NCBI RefSeq assembly: GCF_963921235.1
Contig: NC_086097.1
Span: forward strand, 16,616,001 to 16,680,000
From: Mobula hypostoma
Lineage: Eukaryota
DNA: 64,000 nt
Reading direction: 5' to 3'
Shown here piece after piece: positions 1 to 15,060 of the stretch. Within the stretch, counting starts at the first letter, position 1. Every line of letters starts with the position of its first letter. The notes under the pieces were generated by a model. That model was given only the letters and a program-made list of their open reading frames with translations. It ran no database searches and was not told where the DNA came from. Position numbers and translations under genes: made by a program.

Positions 1-82
1 TGGATGATCAGCCATGATCATACTGAACGGCTGTGCAGGCTCGAAGGGCCGAATGGCCTACTCCTGCACCTACTTTCTGTTT
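1..82 (+). mobile_element. 3' tail of CR1 (HER1-like) LINE
   Basis: GATCAGCCATGATC...GGGCCGAATGGCCTACTCCTGCACC matches the 3' UTR seen after the RT ORFs at 13470-13556 and 39550-39638. Confidence 0.8.
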
Positions 83-129
83 TTATAACAACCCAACTCT
101 AAAACTCAATTCTTGATTTATGGAGGTCA

Positions 130-620
130 TTGTGCTAAAAAGCAGAAAGCAGGATTTCCTGGTTGCCAACCATTTTAATTCCAATCCCCATTCCAGCATG
201 TTGGTCCATGGCCTCGTCTGCTGCCATGATGAGGCCACCCTCAGGATGGAGGAGCAACATCTCATATTCTGTCTGGATAGCCTCCAACCTGATGGCATAA
301 ACATCTATTTGTCCAACTTCTGGTAATTTTCCTCCCTCCCCCTTCTCTCTTTCAATTTCCCACTCTGGCCACCACTCTTAAATCTTTTCCGCACCTGCCT
401 ATCACATCTACGCACTACTCTTGCTTCTTTCCTTTCTTCTGTGGCCCACTCTCCTGTCCTATCAAAATTGCTCTTCTCCAGCCCTTTACCAACCATCTTC
501 TAGACTCTTATTTCATCGTTCTCCCCCACTCACCTGGCTTTACTCATCACCTTCGAGCTCGTAATCCTTCCTCTTCTCCCCCCCCCACCACTTTATTCTG
601 GTTTCTTTCTCCTTACTTCC
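130..620 (+). mobile_element. Penelope-like (Neptune-type) element 3' fragment: end of GIY-YIG region plus pyrimidine-rich pLTR
   Basis: ORF 120-326 has 'VANHFNS...ATLRMEEQHLIFCLDSLQPDGINI', continuing the PLE ORF seen at 16545-17290 ('LATHFNS'). Confidence 0.75.
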
Positions 621-1959
621 CACTATACCCCTAATTTTGGTGTCATCCACAAATTTGCCAATCCTTTGCTAGTCTATTAATCATCCAGCTCCGCCCCTCT
701 CTGATTTTCTGCATTAATATTGGGCTTGATTCCTATCCATTTTTAATTCATGTTTATTCTTGCTGAGCTCAATGGTATGACCCAGCATAATGCTCTTTCA
801 TGTCTTGCTATTTTGTTTGAAGTATATCAAGTCTATAAATGGGCTATTATTGAGCCGTTGTCCAGCTCAGTTTCCTCTTGCTTCCAAACAAGTTTTTATC
901 CATACTATCCTGCCCACCATTGAGAGTATCTATCTGAGGCGCCACCTCAAATCGGCAGCATCTATCAGCAATGGTCTCCACCATCCAGATCACGCCATCT
1001 TCTTGCATTCGCTACTATCAAAACTTCAAGTCCCACACCACCAAATTCAAACACAGCTTCCTTTCAACCATTCAGTTCTTGAACTAACCTGCACAATTCT
1101 GATCAATACCTTACTGGAGCAACATTATGAACATTTTGCATTACAATTATACTCAGAAAACTCTGATGGTGTGACATCAGACAACACTCAACTCTTGAAA
1201 GAGACACCAAAGATGAACAGAAGAAACAATTCAAGACAGTTCTTAAATCCTCCTTGAAATACTCAACCTCTCCACTTACTTATGGAAACAATTCTTAATG
1301 TTGCAGAATGTTTCAATAAAGTTGCTAACCTTATCTTTTCTGTTTGACAAGTTCAGTTAACTACAGTCTTCAAACACTACCACCCTTCTAGATTATGATT
1401 CATTTTATTTCATAATACAGTATATCAAACAGTAAAAGAACAAACTTGCATTTCCCAATCAAATAAAGTCACCAGTCAATCACAGGATTGTCTGACATCA
1501 TGGTTGAAGGGCCTGTTCCTATACTGAACTGTCTAATATTCTATGTTCCAAGCTGACGCTATAGCTGCACTGGAAGAACATGTCGAGTTTGGATTCAGAG
1601 GTCTTCAGCAATATTTTAGACAGGAGGTGACAAAGCAAGACCAGTGATACCTAGCTAAGTCAAGATTATAAGCAATTTGGAAAAGAATCAACAGATCACG
1701 GCTCTCCCATACACCTGCTAACTTTTCTCTCTTGCAAACTTGAAGCTGTTATCTAAATAGCTTTGCAAATAAGTGGTGTATTTCATAGATAGTATGTGCT
1801 GGCAGTAATACTTATCTGGGGAGGTGGAGTGCCAATCAAGCAAACTTTTTTGAGGATTCTTGGGAGTTGCAATCATCAGAGTAGAGATCACACTCTGAGA
1901 TTCTTCCAATGGAAAGGTAATGAAGTGCCAAGAGGTCAGTCACTCACTTCTAATCATCG

Positions 1960-2310
1960 CAATATAGGAAGGATATGATTGCCCTGGAGAGGGTGCAGGG
2001 AAGATTCCTCAGGCTATTGCCTGGAGTGCAGCTTCTCACTTATAAGGGACTGAACAGGCTTAGTTTATTTTTCTAATGAAGCAAAGATGGTCGAAGTGAC
2101 CTGAGAAACATATATAAAATTTTGAGGGGCATAGAATGGAACATTGTCCCATGATGGGGCTATCTAAGAAGAGAGCAAGTTTAAGATGAGACAGGATCTG
2201 AGGGAGTATTCGTTCACACAGAATGCTGGTTAGAGTCTGGGCTGCACTGCCTGAAGGGATGGCGGAGGTAAATACCTCATTGATATTTAGGCATTTAGGC
2301 AAGTACTTGA
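1960..2310 (+). mobile_element. Degraded CR1 RT 3' fragment
   Basis: 'GCCCTGGAGAGGGTGCAG...TTCACACAGA..GGTTAGAGTCTGG..GCACTGCCTG' resembles the CR1 ORF2 C-terminal region of other copies in the window. Confidence 0.65.
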
Positions 2311-2893
2311 ATCAGGACTTAAACCCAGGGAAACTTTACAACTCAAAGGTAAAAGAGCGAATTATGTTGACAGTCTTTAAGTGTTGCTACTAGGATCTCT
2401 TTGGTTAAAATTATTTTCACATTTAAAGCCTATATTATCATCTATGGACTTAACTATGGAAGAGTATTCACAAGTATGTTACTGTTACTGTCTCACAGCA
2501 TCATAGATTAAAACTCAATCTATATCTCTGGAGCTGCTCACATTGACTTAACACATTCTGCCTGTGATTACGTGGGCTTCCTCCAGGGGCACTTGTTTCA
2601 TCCCACATGCCCAGTCATGCTGGTTGGTATTATTACACATCATCTTAAATTGCCCCTATTATGCTGAATGGGTGGAAGGAGGCTGGTGAATTGTTAATGG
2701 GAAATATGGGCTACTGTACATTGGTATTTGATGGTTGGCACTATCACAGTTGGCCTAACTACCTGTTTCTGTGCTGCAGGACTCTGTGACTCTTAAGCAG
2801 ACTGCAAGGTCCAAATGCAAGAATTGCTCAGGTATCAAATTCCATGTGATAATAGGTCAACACTTCATCCAAATTAATACATATTTTGTATGA

Positions 2894-3180
2894 GGGCACA
2901 GTAGCACAGTGGTTAGCGTAACACTATTACAGCACCTGCTGTAAGTTCAGAGTTCAATTCCTACCACCGCCTGTCAGGAGTTTCTATGTTCTTCCCATGT
3001 CCGAGTGGGTTTCCGAAAGTGCTTCAGTTTCTTATCACAGTCCAAAGATGCAAGATTAGGGTTAGGGAGTTGTGGGCATGGTACATTGGCATCAGAATGT
3101 AGCGACATTTGTGGACTCATTTGATGTGTACGACACATTTCACTGCATATTTCGATGTACATGTGAAAACAAAGCCAATC
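2894..3180 (+). mobile_element. tRNA-derived V-SINE (HE1-like)
   Basis: A-box-like TAGCACAGTGGTTAG, B-box-like AGTTCAATTCC, then V-domain-like 'GGAGTTT.TATGTTCT.CCC.TG.CCG.GTGGGTTTCC...CCAAAGA'; related copies at ~19754, ~26132, ~26630 (minus) and ~31435. Confidence 0.7.
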
Positions 3181-3984
3181 TCATTATACTTACTTGATAA
3201 GAGCCATTTATTGCTTTGGAGTAATCATTCGCCTTTTTGTCACCAGATGCTGTCACAGTGCTTGCTGAAGTTGACTGAAATAGATGAAAAGACATGTTAA
3301 TACAAAAAATTTAGATATTAGAAACAGATTTTCTCTCAGGTACACTTAAATGTGTTAGTTTTAAATTTTAAATCCTTTAAATTTCTTCGAAGGCGTCAAA
3401 GGACAATTTAAACAGAATATACAGAGCACTAAATGCGTATATCCTACAATCCGGAGATATGCTCAAGTCTTTAACATACACCTCCTGTACCTAATAAAGC
3501 AGCCAATGATTGTATATTTTGAAGAAGAATATGAACTCCTTCTTTTCTTGTTGGTCATGGTAACAACTCCCCCCCCCCCCCCACCACACATACACCCCTG
3601 CATTCCAAAGAACGGGCTATCTCTTTTCTCCTAGGGTAAGGAGATCATTACTTAATGGCTCATTTAGGTGTAAGTGAAGAGCAAGAGAAGGTGTGGTAAG
3701 GTGAGGCATATTACTTCAGGCTGATGTGTTGGAGCTGTAGCCCGAAAGGTCTGATGGTATATCTCTGCATTTTCTTTTTGGTCATTTTTGTTGCTTTGCC
3801 ATTTTTGCACTGTAAATATTTTGCACTTTTTCGAAAAGTTTTCCACTTCTGGCACACATAAAAAACCTTTACACTGAAAGGCTACTGTTGCCTGCCTTCT
3901 GATTTTTAAAGTCCATACCTTCATGAAGGCATGAGAGCCTCACCAAAACCCAATGGTGTGCCACACATTCAGAGATAATCCCAC

Positions 3985-4235
3985 TTCTTTTTCTTAAGCC
4001 CATCATCCCTACTGGGGCATAGGCCGCTGACAGCCGCTTACAATGGTCCTCTGTCCTGGACCGCTCTTTCAAGTTCCATGGGGTAGCCTGTCTTATTTCT
4101 TCTAGGGAAGATCCTTCTAATCCCAGAGATCAGGTCTTCAGAGCTTCTGTTGGTATCTTTCTGTAGCTTGGATTTTTAAATGGATGGGGTTGCTATCTCC
4201 ATGCCAACCCTCCTTCTTTCACAGCTGGGCTTGGG
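3985..4235 (-). mobile_element. Short RTE-related non-autonomous element
   Basis: Minus-strand end '...TATGCCCCAGTAGGGATGATGGGCTTAAGAAAAAG' resembles an RTE-type 3' terminus; no long ORF. Confidence 0.4.
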
Positions 4236-5772
4236 ACCATCCATGGCAGAGATGGATAACCCTTATGATTTTCTTAAAATAGTTCTAATAGTCCATTTAG
4301 CTGAAGTGTGTTCTCCTCTAAAATTGACCACTTCCAAAAGTATGGCACCACCATGGGTACACTGAGGATTTTTGTGCTCAGGTTTCTACAAGATACGTGA
4401 TTCAGGCTCCAAGCAAGCACCTGAACACCCTGTCCTACAGTCATACCAGGCTGACCAGAGAAGGATGCAGTGCTATACATCAAGAAAGATCATCTCAATC
4501 ATTTATTTCAAATATCACAACATCTCCTGGCTTCAATTTAAATGTAGGTATCATGCTACAAGTGACCATTCTGTTTTCCTCATGCTGAAGGACTTTTGAA
4601 AGCAGTAAATCAAAATCCAAGGGTCTAAGTACTCTGGGTAGGGTCTACACTGTCCATCACCAAAAATTTCTCAGTAGTCTAACCACTATATAAGATGGCC
4701 AAATGAATAAATCATATAATTACTTGAGGCAGGGAGGAGTTTCTCAGAGTAATCATGCAAACCATGTTCAAGCAATGGTGTTCACAAGATCAATGGCTAT
4801 CAAAGTTCAAAGTAAAATTATTTTCAAAGTACATATATGTCACCATATACAACCCTGAGATTTGTTTTCTTGTGGGCATACACAGTGAATCCAAGAAACA
4901 ATAGAATCAGTCAAAGACCACATCCAACAGGATGGACCAACAATAAATATTAAGAACATGAGATGAAGAGTCCTTGAAAATGAGCCCATAGATTTAGGGA
5001 ACTATTCAGTAATGGGGAGAGTGAAGTTATCCCTTCTGGTTCAAGAGCCTGATGGCTGAGGGGAAACAACTGTTCCTGAACCTGGTGGTGCAGGTCCTGA
5101 CGCTCCAGTACTTTCTTCCTAAAGGCAGCAGCGAGAAGATAGCATGGCCTGGGTGGAGGGGGGTCGTTGATGATGGATGCTGCTTTCCTGCGATAGTTTT
5201 CTAAGTAGATTACCTCAATGGCGGGGAGGACTTAGCCTGTGATGGACTGGGCCACATCGATAACTTTTTGTACATTTTCCATACAAGGGCAATGGTATTT
5301 TCATACCATGCCATGATACAACAGTTAATAAACTTTCCACCTCAATCTACAGAAGTTTGTTAAGATTTTAGGTGTCAAGCCAAATCTTCGCAAACTTCTG
5401 TGCTAAGCCAAAACAGATCCACTAAAAAGATAATATCGAGGAATTTAAAGTTGCTGATCCCTCGATGAGAACTGGCTCATGGATCTCTGGTTTCCTCCTC
5501 CTAAGTCAATAATCATCTCCTTGGTCTTGCTGACATTGAGTGAGATGTTGCTGTTGTGGCACCACTCAGTCAGATTTTCTGTCTCCCTCCTATATGCTGG
5601 TTCGTCACCACCTCTGATTCGGCCACCAACAGTAGTGCTGTCAACAAACTTAAATATGGCATTGCAGCTCAGCTTAGTCTCACAGTCATAAGTATAAAGC
5701 AAGCAGAACAGTAAGCACACAGCCTTGTGGTGCACCTGTGCTGATATTGCCAATCCAAACTGACTGGGGTCT

Positions 5773-6007
5773 CGTCGTCGTCATGGCTATCCCTCAAGGT
5801 CGAGGGTGATGGTCTTCATTCTGAAGAAGTGACCCACAGAGTGAAGATGCCTCTGCGTGTATTTGTTTAACGTGTCCTTGATGTTGCACTCCAAGAAGCA
5901 CACGATACTTCACAAATCAACCAACTAATTCCAATGGCATGACGAATGGAGCTGATGGATTTGTTGCAGCCTTCATCCACCTTCACAGCCGTTGAGTTCG
6001 AAATAAT
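5773..6007 (-). mobile_element. Short retroposed insertion with (GAC)n tail and 8-bp TSD
   Basis: Flanked by TGGGGTCT (5765-5772) and TGGGGCCT (6008-6015); begins CGTCGTCGTC; host LINE sequence resumes after it. Confidence 0.65.
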
Positions 6008-6079
6008 TGGGGCCTACAAATGAGGAAATCAAGGATCCAGCTGCACATGGAGATACTGAGGCCAAGGTCTTGAAGCTTA

Positions 6080-6225
6080 TAGAAACATAGAAAACCTACA
6101 GCACAATACAGGCCCTTCGGCCCACAAAGTTGTGCCAAACATGTCCCTACCTTAGAAATTACTAGGTTTACCTATAGCCCTCTATTTTTCTAAGCTCCAT
6201 GTACCTATCCATGAATAATCACCTA
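6080..6225 (-). mobile_element. CR1 3'-end fragment inserted in the Rex1-like LINE
   Basis: TAGAAACATAGAAAACCTACAGCACAATACAGGCCCTTCGGCCCAC is the reverse complement of a CR1 tail. Confidence 0.7.
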
Positions 6226-6884
6226 TTATTGATTAGTTTTGAGGGGAGGATAGTATTTAATGTCCAGTTGAAGTCGAAAAAGAGCATCCCAATGTATACA
6301 TTTTTGCTGTCTAGATGTTCCAGTATTGAGTGAATAACCAATGAAATAGCATCTGATGTGGACCTGTTGAGCCCGTAGACAAATTGGAAGGGGCCCATGT
6401 CGCTTCTCAGGCAAGAGTTGATATGTTTCATCACCAAATTCTCAAAGCACTTTATGATAGTTGATGTAAGTGATACTGGATGCTAGTCATTGACACAGGT
6501 TATCATGTTCTTCTTAGACATGAGTATAATTGAAACCTGTATGCTTCCAGATGAAGCCTAATCTGAGCCAGATGATTTCTGTAGATTTACCCTCCTGAAG
6601 GATGTTCTCATGTTAGCCTCAGAGACTGAAATCACAGGGTCACTGGGGACTGTGGGAGTTGGTGAAGGTTCCTCCATGTTTGGATGGTCAAAGTGGACAA
6701 AAGGCAGTGCGCTCTCTGGGAGTAAAGCCAGTATGTCATCGACGTTGCTTAGCTTTTTTTTAAAAGAGGTATTAGCATTCAAGCCCTGCTACAGCTGTCG
6801 AGCATCTCCCAATGACTCAAGTTTGATCTAGAATTGCCACCGCACGCTAAATGATTTCTCGAGATCGTAGCTGGACCTCTTATA

Positions 6885-8477
<1,593 letters not shown>

Positions 8478-10359
8478 TGTCTTACTTGGTTGCCAGACCT
8501 GAGAGCAAAATCTCATAGTTCACCCAGTGCTTTTGGTTGGGAGTCTTTGAATGGTTTTGTAGGGACAGACTAGTCCACAACTATTTTAAAAAATTCCGTG
8601 ACAACTGTGTTCCTTGATGAGTCTTTGAACATGGCCCAGTCCACCAACTCAAGACAATTCCATAGTGCTCCTCTGCCTATTGTGACCACCTCTTTGTGGT
8701 CCTTATCTCTGGAGCCTTACTCTTTAGCCTCAGGCTGCACATAGGTAGATGGACAACTAAGTGATCAGATTTCCCAAAATGCAGTTTAGGCATGGAACGG
8801 TAAGCATTCCTTAACATAGTATAGAAGTGGCTTAGTGTGTTGGGACCCTTGATGCTGCAGGTTTATAGCTATGATAACTGGGCAGAAATTTCTTCAAACA
8901 AGCCTAATTGAAGTCCCCAACTATTTCAAATGTATTGGGTGGGCAGATTCTTGTTTGGCGATGCAGCATTCAATATCTCAAGTACCTGGTTAACATCAGC
9001 TTTTGGCAGTATGTAAACTGCAATTAGAACCATGAAAGGGGAACTCTCTTGGGAAGTCAGCACTTAATTGTTAGATGTTCCAAGTCAAGGGAACAAGAGT
9101 GCGACAAGACCACTGCATCTGAGCACCACAAAGAGTTTATCACGAAGCACACTACACCATCTTTTGCCTTCTCTCAGTTGGCAGTTTGGTCCATAGCAAG
9201 AAGCCCTCAGGTCTGATTGCCGAATCTGGTGTATTCAGAGTGAGCCATATAGCCATAAAACAAAGAACAAACCAATTCCTCATTTCCCTCTGATAAGAGT
9301 AATCTTGCCCTCAGGTCCTCAACCTTTTTCTACAGCGACCGTTCACTAATAAGATACTAGGTAGAAGAGCTTTCATTTCTTGGTGTTTCAGCCTGGCTTG
9401 AAGGCCTCACCTTCTCCCTCTCTTCCTTCTATATCAATGTACCTTCATCTGCTTAAAGGCGCCATATCTATATGATTATGAGTTAAGTCCGCCGAGTCCT
9501 TCAGATTGTGAAATCTTTAGTTCATTAAGGCGGTTCAAAAATACATTGCTTAAAGGGAAATTACAGGCTGCAGATTGCATTGTGTAATTCAGAAGAGGTA
9601 TATTTAAAAGTTTTCTAATTAGCCTGTAGCACATCGCCGTGGTTCACTGACGATATCAGTAGTAACAACAAGGTATTTTATGACACTCTCATAACTTCAC
9701 ACTCTCGCATACCTCTCACCAAACCATAATAATCAAACCAAGTGATCAAACCCAGATCAAAGAAGAATCCAAAGTGCATGTATGGAGCAGCATCAGATGC
9801 ATCTAAAACTGAGGTTCCACCCTGATGAAGCCCTCACATAGGACTACAGACTTACTAAGCAGCAAAAGTAGTATGCAATATACAGGGCCAAGCAATCACA
9901 TCAGGTCAAAGCTCTGAATTCCTGCAATGAGTCACAAATGGGAGGACAAACTAAGAACACTGCCATGCTCAAAGACAGGGAGTCTAGCATGTATGTGTCA
10001 AAGACAATGCTAAAGAAAATAGTTATTTATTAAAGTCAGTCACTGCATTTGAAGGATATAGGCAGAAATGGTGGCTCAACTAATCGCTTCATTAAAGATA
10101 ATGTCAAGAATTAACAAGTTCTCTGATGACAGCATAATGTTAAACCAACTAGTAAATAAGCTTGCATGCAAGAAGACTTGGATGTCACTTAACTAAGGTA
10201 CAATAAATGACAAATACTATTTCTGCTACACAAACTTTGTCAACGAGAGGGTTTAACCACGACTCCAAAATCATTCAGCAAAATTCTCTTTGCTAAGTAT
10301 CTAATCAATGAAAAAATTAACTAGACCAGCAATGGTCCAAAAGGTCAAAGATATATATC

Positions 10360-12105
10360 CTGCCCCAAATCCATTCCTCAATTTCCTCACTTGTAGATCC
10401 CAGTCAGTTCAGATTGGCAAACACATCTCCTCCACAATTTCATCAACACATTTGCACCACAAGACTGTGTGCTTAGACCCCTGCTCTACTCAATTTATAC
10501 TTATGACTGCGAGGGTAAGCACAGCTCTAATGCCATATTTGGTGACGCCACCGTCATTGGCCAAATCAAAGGTGGTGACAAATCAGCATATAGGAGGGAG
10601 ATTGACAATCTGGCTGTGTGGTGACACAACAATCACCGCTCATTTTAATAGTGTTATGTTGTAGGTATTTCATTTTGTGCTGTTCCGTGCAGGCTGCTTG
10701 TTTTCAGCCTATGTTATTGGCTGAAAACCCAATAACCTTGGGTTATTGTTGAGGATAAGGGCCGAGGAAAAATGCCTGCCATCCAATTAGGATAGCTGAA
10801 CAGAAGGGGAGGTTTCTCTGGTGAGGGACACTAAGGTTGGGCTTGGGTTTTTTTTGGTTTCAAGAGAGATGAAGAGAGAAGACGCCAGAGGGAAGAGGTC
10901 GTAGGGTTCGACCTGGAGCAGGTCCATGATTTGATGAAGCCCAATGTGAGATTGATTAAGGATCGGTAGCCTAGGGAAACTGTGAGTGCCAACTTGTACA
11001 CATTACACTGTTTCATTAAAATTGGCCCTTTTCTTTTTTTTGTTCTTTTCTTTACTAACCCGTTAGTCAAATTAAGACTTATAAAGCTAAATCTTTTAAT
11101 TGTATGCAGTGTATTGTCTGTTATTTTGTAGCACTTATTTGTAACAGGGTAACGAATAACAGAGCATCCACACAAACAGGGGGTCTGGGGTGGGCTCGTG
11201 CCTCAATCTCACGCGTTTGGCGAGGCTGGAGATTGTCTTCCCTTGACTTACGCAGCAGAGGAAACCAGGATGTTTCATCAGCAGGACTAAAGAGGTGATT
11301 ATTGACCAGGAGGAAGAAACCAGAGGTCCATGAGCAAGTCCTCATCAGGCAATTAGAGGGTCAGCAACTTTAAATTCCTCTGTTATCATTTCAGGGTATC
11401 TGTCCTGGGTCCAACATCTAAGTAACATCACAGAGAAAGCACGGTAGCACCTCTATTTTCTTAGAAGTCTGCAAAGATTCAGCATGTCATCAAATACTCC
11501 GACAAACTTCTATAGATGTGTGGCGGACATTATATTGACTGGTTGCATCATGGTCTGATATAGAAACACTCATATCCTTGAACGGAAAATCCTACAAAAA
11601 GTAGTGGATATGGCCCAGTCCATCATGGGTAAAACCTTCTCCACCACTGAGCACACCTACAAGAAGCAGTGTTGCAGGAAGGCAGACCCTCACCATCCAA
11701 GCCATGCTCTCTTCTTGCTCCTGCATCAAGAAGGTGGTACAAGAGTCTTAAGACCCACACCACCAGGTTCATAAAGAGTTACTGCCCCTCAACCATCAGG
11801 CTCTTGAACCACTTCACTGAACTTCACGCACTTCATCACTGAACTGTTCCCATAACCTATGGACTCTCTTTCAAGGACTCTTCATGTCATGTTCTCAATA
11901 TTTATTGCTCATTTTATTTGTTTTTTATATTTGCTGTTTGTCGTATTTTGCACATTGGCTCTATGTCTATCCTGCTGAGTGAGGTACTTCATTAATTCTA
12001 TTGTGTTTTTTAGATTTACGATACATGCCACTAGAAAACGAATCTGAGCATTGTATATGGGGACATATATGTACTTAGGTAATGAATTTACTTTGAACTT
12101 TGAAT
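10360..12105 (+). mobile_element. Rex1/Babar-like LINE 3' portion, split by a probable solo LTR
   Basis: RT-region remnants at 10360-10650 continue at 11278 (TCAGCAGGACTAAAGAG, the 'VSKTKE' region); ends in TTTACTTTGAACTTTGA tail. Confidence 0.7.
10652..11277 (+). mobile_element. Probable solo LTR (~626 bp)
   Basis: Starts TGTTA and ends TTTCA; interrupts the host LINE; ATTAAA followed by a T-rich tract; no internal coding region; TSD not clear. Confidence 0.55.
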
Positions 12106-12124
12106 TCCACAGACATTCCATCAA

Positions 12125-13556
12125 CTTAAGAAGGGGGCAAGGAAGCAAAAAGGAAATTATAGACCTGTTAGCTTGACATTGGTGGTTGGGAAGTTGTTGG
12201 GAGTTGATTGTCAAGGATGAGGTTACGGAGTACCTGGAGGCATATGACAAGATAGGCAGAACTAAGCATGGTTTCCTTAAAGGAAAATCCTGCCTGACCT
12301 ATTACAATTTTTTGAGGAAATTACAAGTAGGCTAGACAAGGGAGATGCAAAAGTGGATGTTGTTTATTTGGATTTTCAGAAGGCATTTGACAAGGTGCCA
12401 CACATGAGGCTGCTTAACAAGATAAGAGCCCATGGAATTACGGAGAAGTTACATACGTGGATAGAGCGTTGGATGATTGGCAGGAAACAGAGAGTGGGAA
12501 TAAAGCGATCCTATTCTGGTTGGCTGCCGGTTACCAGTGGTGTTCCACAGGGGCCCGTGTTGAGGCCGCTTCTTTTTACGTTGTACATCAACGATTTGGA
12601 TTTTGGAATAGATGTCTTTGTCGTTAAATTTGCTGATGATATAAAGATAGGTGGAGGGGCCGGTAGTGCTGAGGAAACAGAGAGTCAGCAGAGAGACTTG
12701 GATAGATTGGGAGAATGGGCAAAGAAGCGGCAAATGAAATACAATGTTGCAAAGTGTATGGTTATGCACTTTGGCAGAAGAAATAAACGAGCAGACTATT
12801 ATTTAAATGGGGAAAGAATTCAAAGTTCTGAAATGCAATGGGACTTGGGAATCTTCGTGCAGGATACCCTTAAGGTTAACCTCCAGGTTGAGTCAGTGGT
12901 GAAGGCGGCAAATGCAATGCTGGCATGTATTTCTAGAGGAATAGAGTATAGGAGCAGGGATGTGATGTTGAGGCTCTATAAGGCACTGGTAAGACCTCAC
13001 TTGGAGTACTGTGGGCAGTTTTGGTTTCCTTGTTTAAGAAAGGATGTGGTGACGTTGCAGAGGGTTCAGAGAAGAGTCACTAGAATGATTAAGGGAATGA
13101 GAGGGTTAACATATGAGGAACGTTTGACCGCTCTTGGACTGTATTCCTTGGAGTTTAGAAGAATGAGGGGGGACCTCATAGAAACATTTCGTATGTTGAA
13201 AGGCATGGACAGAGTGGATGTGGCAAAATTGTTTCCCATGGTGGGGGAGTCTAGTACGAGAGGGCATGACTTAAGGATTGAAGGGCGCCCATTCAGAACA
13301 GAGACTCGAAGAAATTTTTTTAGCCAGAGGGTGGTGAATCTATGGAATTTGTTGCCACAGGCAGCAGTGGAGGCCAAGTCACTGGGTGTAATTAAGGCAG
13401 AGATTGTTAGGTATCTGAGTAGCCAGGGCATCAAGGGTTATGGTGAGAAGGTGGGGGAGTGGGACTAAATGGGAGAATGGATCAGCTCATGATAAAATGG
13501 CAGAGCAGACTCGATGGGCCGAATGGCCGACTTCTGCTGCTTTGTCTTACGGTCTA
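12125..13556 (+). mobile_element. 5'-truncated CR1 LINE with an uninterrupted 371-aa RT/C-terminal ORF (12353-13468)
   Basis: 'YLDFQKAFDKVPH', 'SGVPQG', 'KFADD', 'LYKALVRPHLEYC', 'RRNFFSQRVVNLWN'; CR1 3' UTR follows. Confidence 0.92.
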
Positions 13557-13851
13557 ACTGCAATATATGTTAGAAATGATCCATTATGTCACTGAATCCA
13601 AAGAAAGCTTGACACATTGTAGAATAAAACCTTCCGAAATTACCAGTACCCTATCCATCACAATTCACTTTCACTACCACCAGTGCACCACTGATGCAAT
13701 GCACTGTAATACTCACTGAGGTTGCTGCAAGATACTGTATTCAAGTTTACTGTAAGATATCACACATATAACACTCTGCTAGCAGGCATATAATATCACC
13801 GATACTTGCAGTTGTCTTCCAAATTACAAACCCCCTGACGTGGAAAGATTT

Positions 13852-15060
13852 CAGAATCAGAATCACTTTATTGCCAGTACATGAAACAACCAGAATTGAT
13901 TGTGGTTTGACGCCAAGCATAAATCACAGGATAATACTACAACAGACAACACATCAGCAACCAACAATTTTCAAGACAATAGTGCAAACAGCCATGAGCA
14001 ATCAACAATTAGAAAAACAATCACATATGCAAATGTCAATAATCAAACAGATGTGAACATATGAACAGACTCAATAATTATCAACAGAACAAGGAGAGCA
14101 GGAAAGACCATTTAACAGATGTTGTGCAGGGACAGTTAAGCATTTACAGTATTACACCTGAGTGAGTTTTGTTGAGAAGCTTTGAGTTGGTGCTGACAGA
14201 CTTCTAGTGTCTCCCTGATGGTATCTGGTAAATAAGTGACTGCTGGTGTGGGTAGAGCCAGCAGTAATTTCTTCAGTTCTTTTCTTCACTCTGGAGATGA
14301 ACAGGTGTTTTAATGTCAGGAGCTGACAGCCAATGATCTTCCCTGCCGAGTGGATCACTCACTGCAACCTCAGCTTGCAGAGGGAGGTAGTGGCGGAAAG
14401 CCAAACAGTGATAGAGGTGGTCACAACAGTCTAAATGATGGCTGAGTAAAAACTCATCAGGATACATTCTGAGAAGTTAATTTTCGTAAGCCGGCACAGG
14501 AAGACCAATCTCTGTTGGGTTTTCCTAGTGATGTGAGTAATGTGTTTGTCCCACTTCTAAGTATTGGTAGTGGTCGTCCCCAGTAACTTGAATGACTGAT
14601 CCACAGACACAGCCAGACCATGAATTTCCAGGAGGGGGTAGGTTGGGGGTTGTCGGCGTAACTCAATCCTCATTTCCATTCTCTTATAGCACTAAGCCCC
14701 AAATTGTTATGAGCACACCATGCTGCCAGACAGTCTACCTCTATTTAATAGCAGGTCACATCATTATTAGAGATGAGACCAGCTACAGTACTGTCATCTG
14801 TGAACTTTAGGATTTTAGTGGATTTGCCAGTGGAGGTACAGTCACTTGGATAAAGGGACAAGAGGAGTGGTAAAAGAACATAGCCCTGGGGACAGTGTGT
14901 GCTTATAAGCATTAGACCGGACAAGTAGGAGACCGGCCTTATGTATTACTTTCTTCCTGACAGAAACCTCATAATCCACTGACAGACATTGTACGGTATA
15001 GTCAGCTGGGTTAGTTTGCTGTGGAGCAACTCCAGAACAATAGGCATCATCCACAACATG
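13852..15060 (-). mobile_element. Old Rex1/L2-like LINE fragment
   Basis: (CAGAAT)n tail at ~13852; minus-strand remnants of RT and C-terminal regions. Confidence 0.55.

Noticed and set aside
790..1257. 155-aa ORF as a host gene
   Set aside because: It overlaps a decayed Rex1-like 3' fragment; no recognisable domain or splice structure.
1718..1830. Minus ORF segment 'KYYCQHILSM' resembling YLPM1 exon 2 'YWYRQHLLSL'
   Set aside because: The best acceptor is phase 1 while exon 1 ends in phase 0; the frame hits a stop within ~30 codons with no donor, and downstream residues do not match.
3568..3582. Poly-C run (also poly-G at ~19301)
   Set aside because: Simple homopolymers with no supporting context.
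3715..3810. Exon-like minus segment (tttacag|...GAA|gtaata)
   Set aside because: No similarity to YLPM1 in any frame and a weak polypyrimidine tract; insufficient support.
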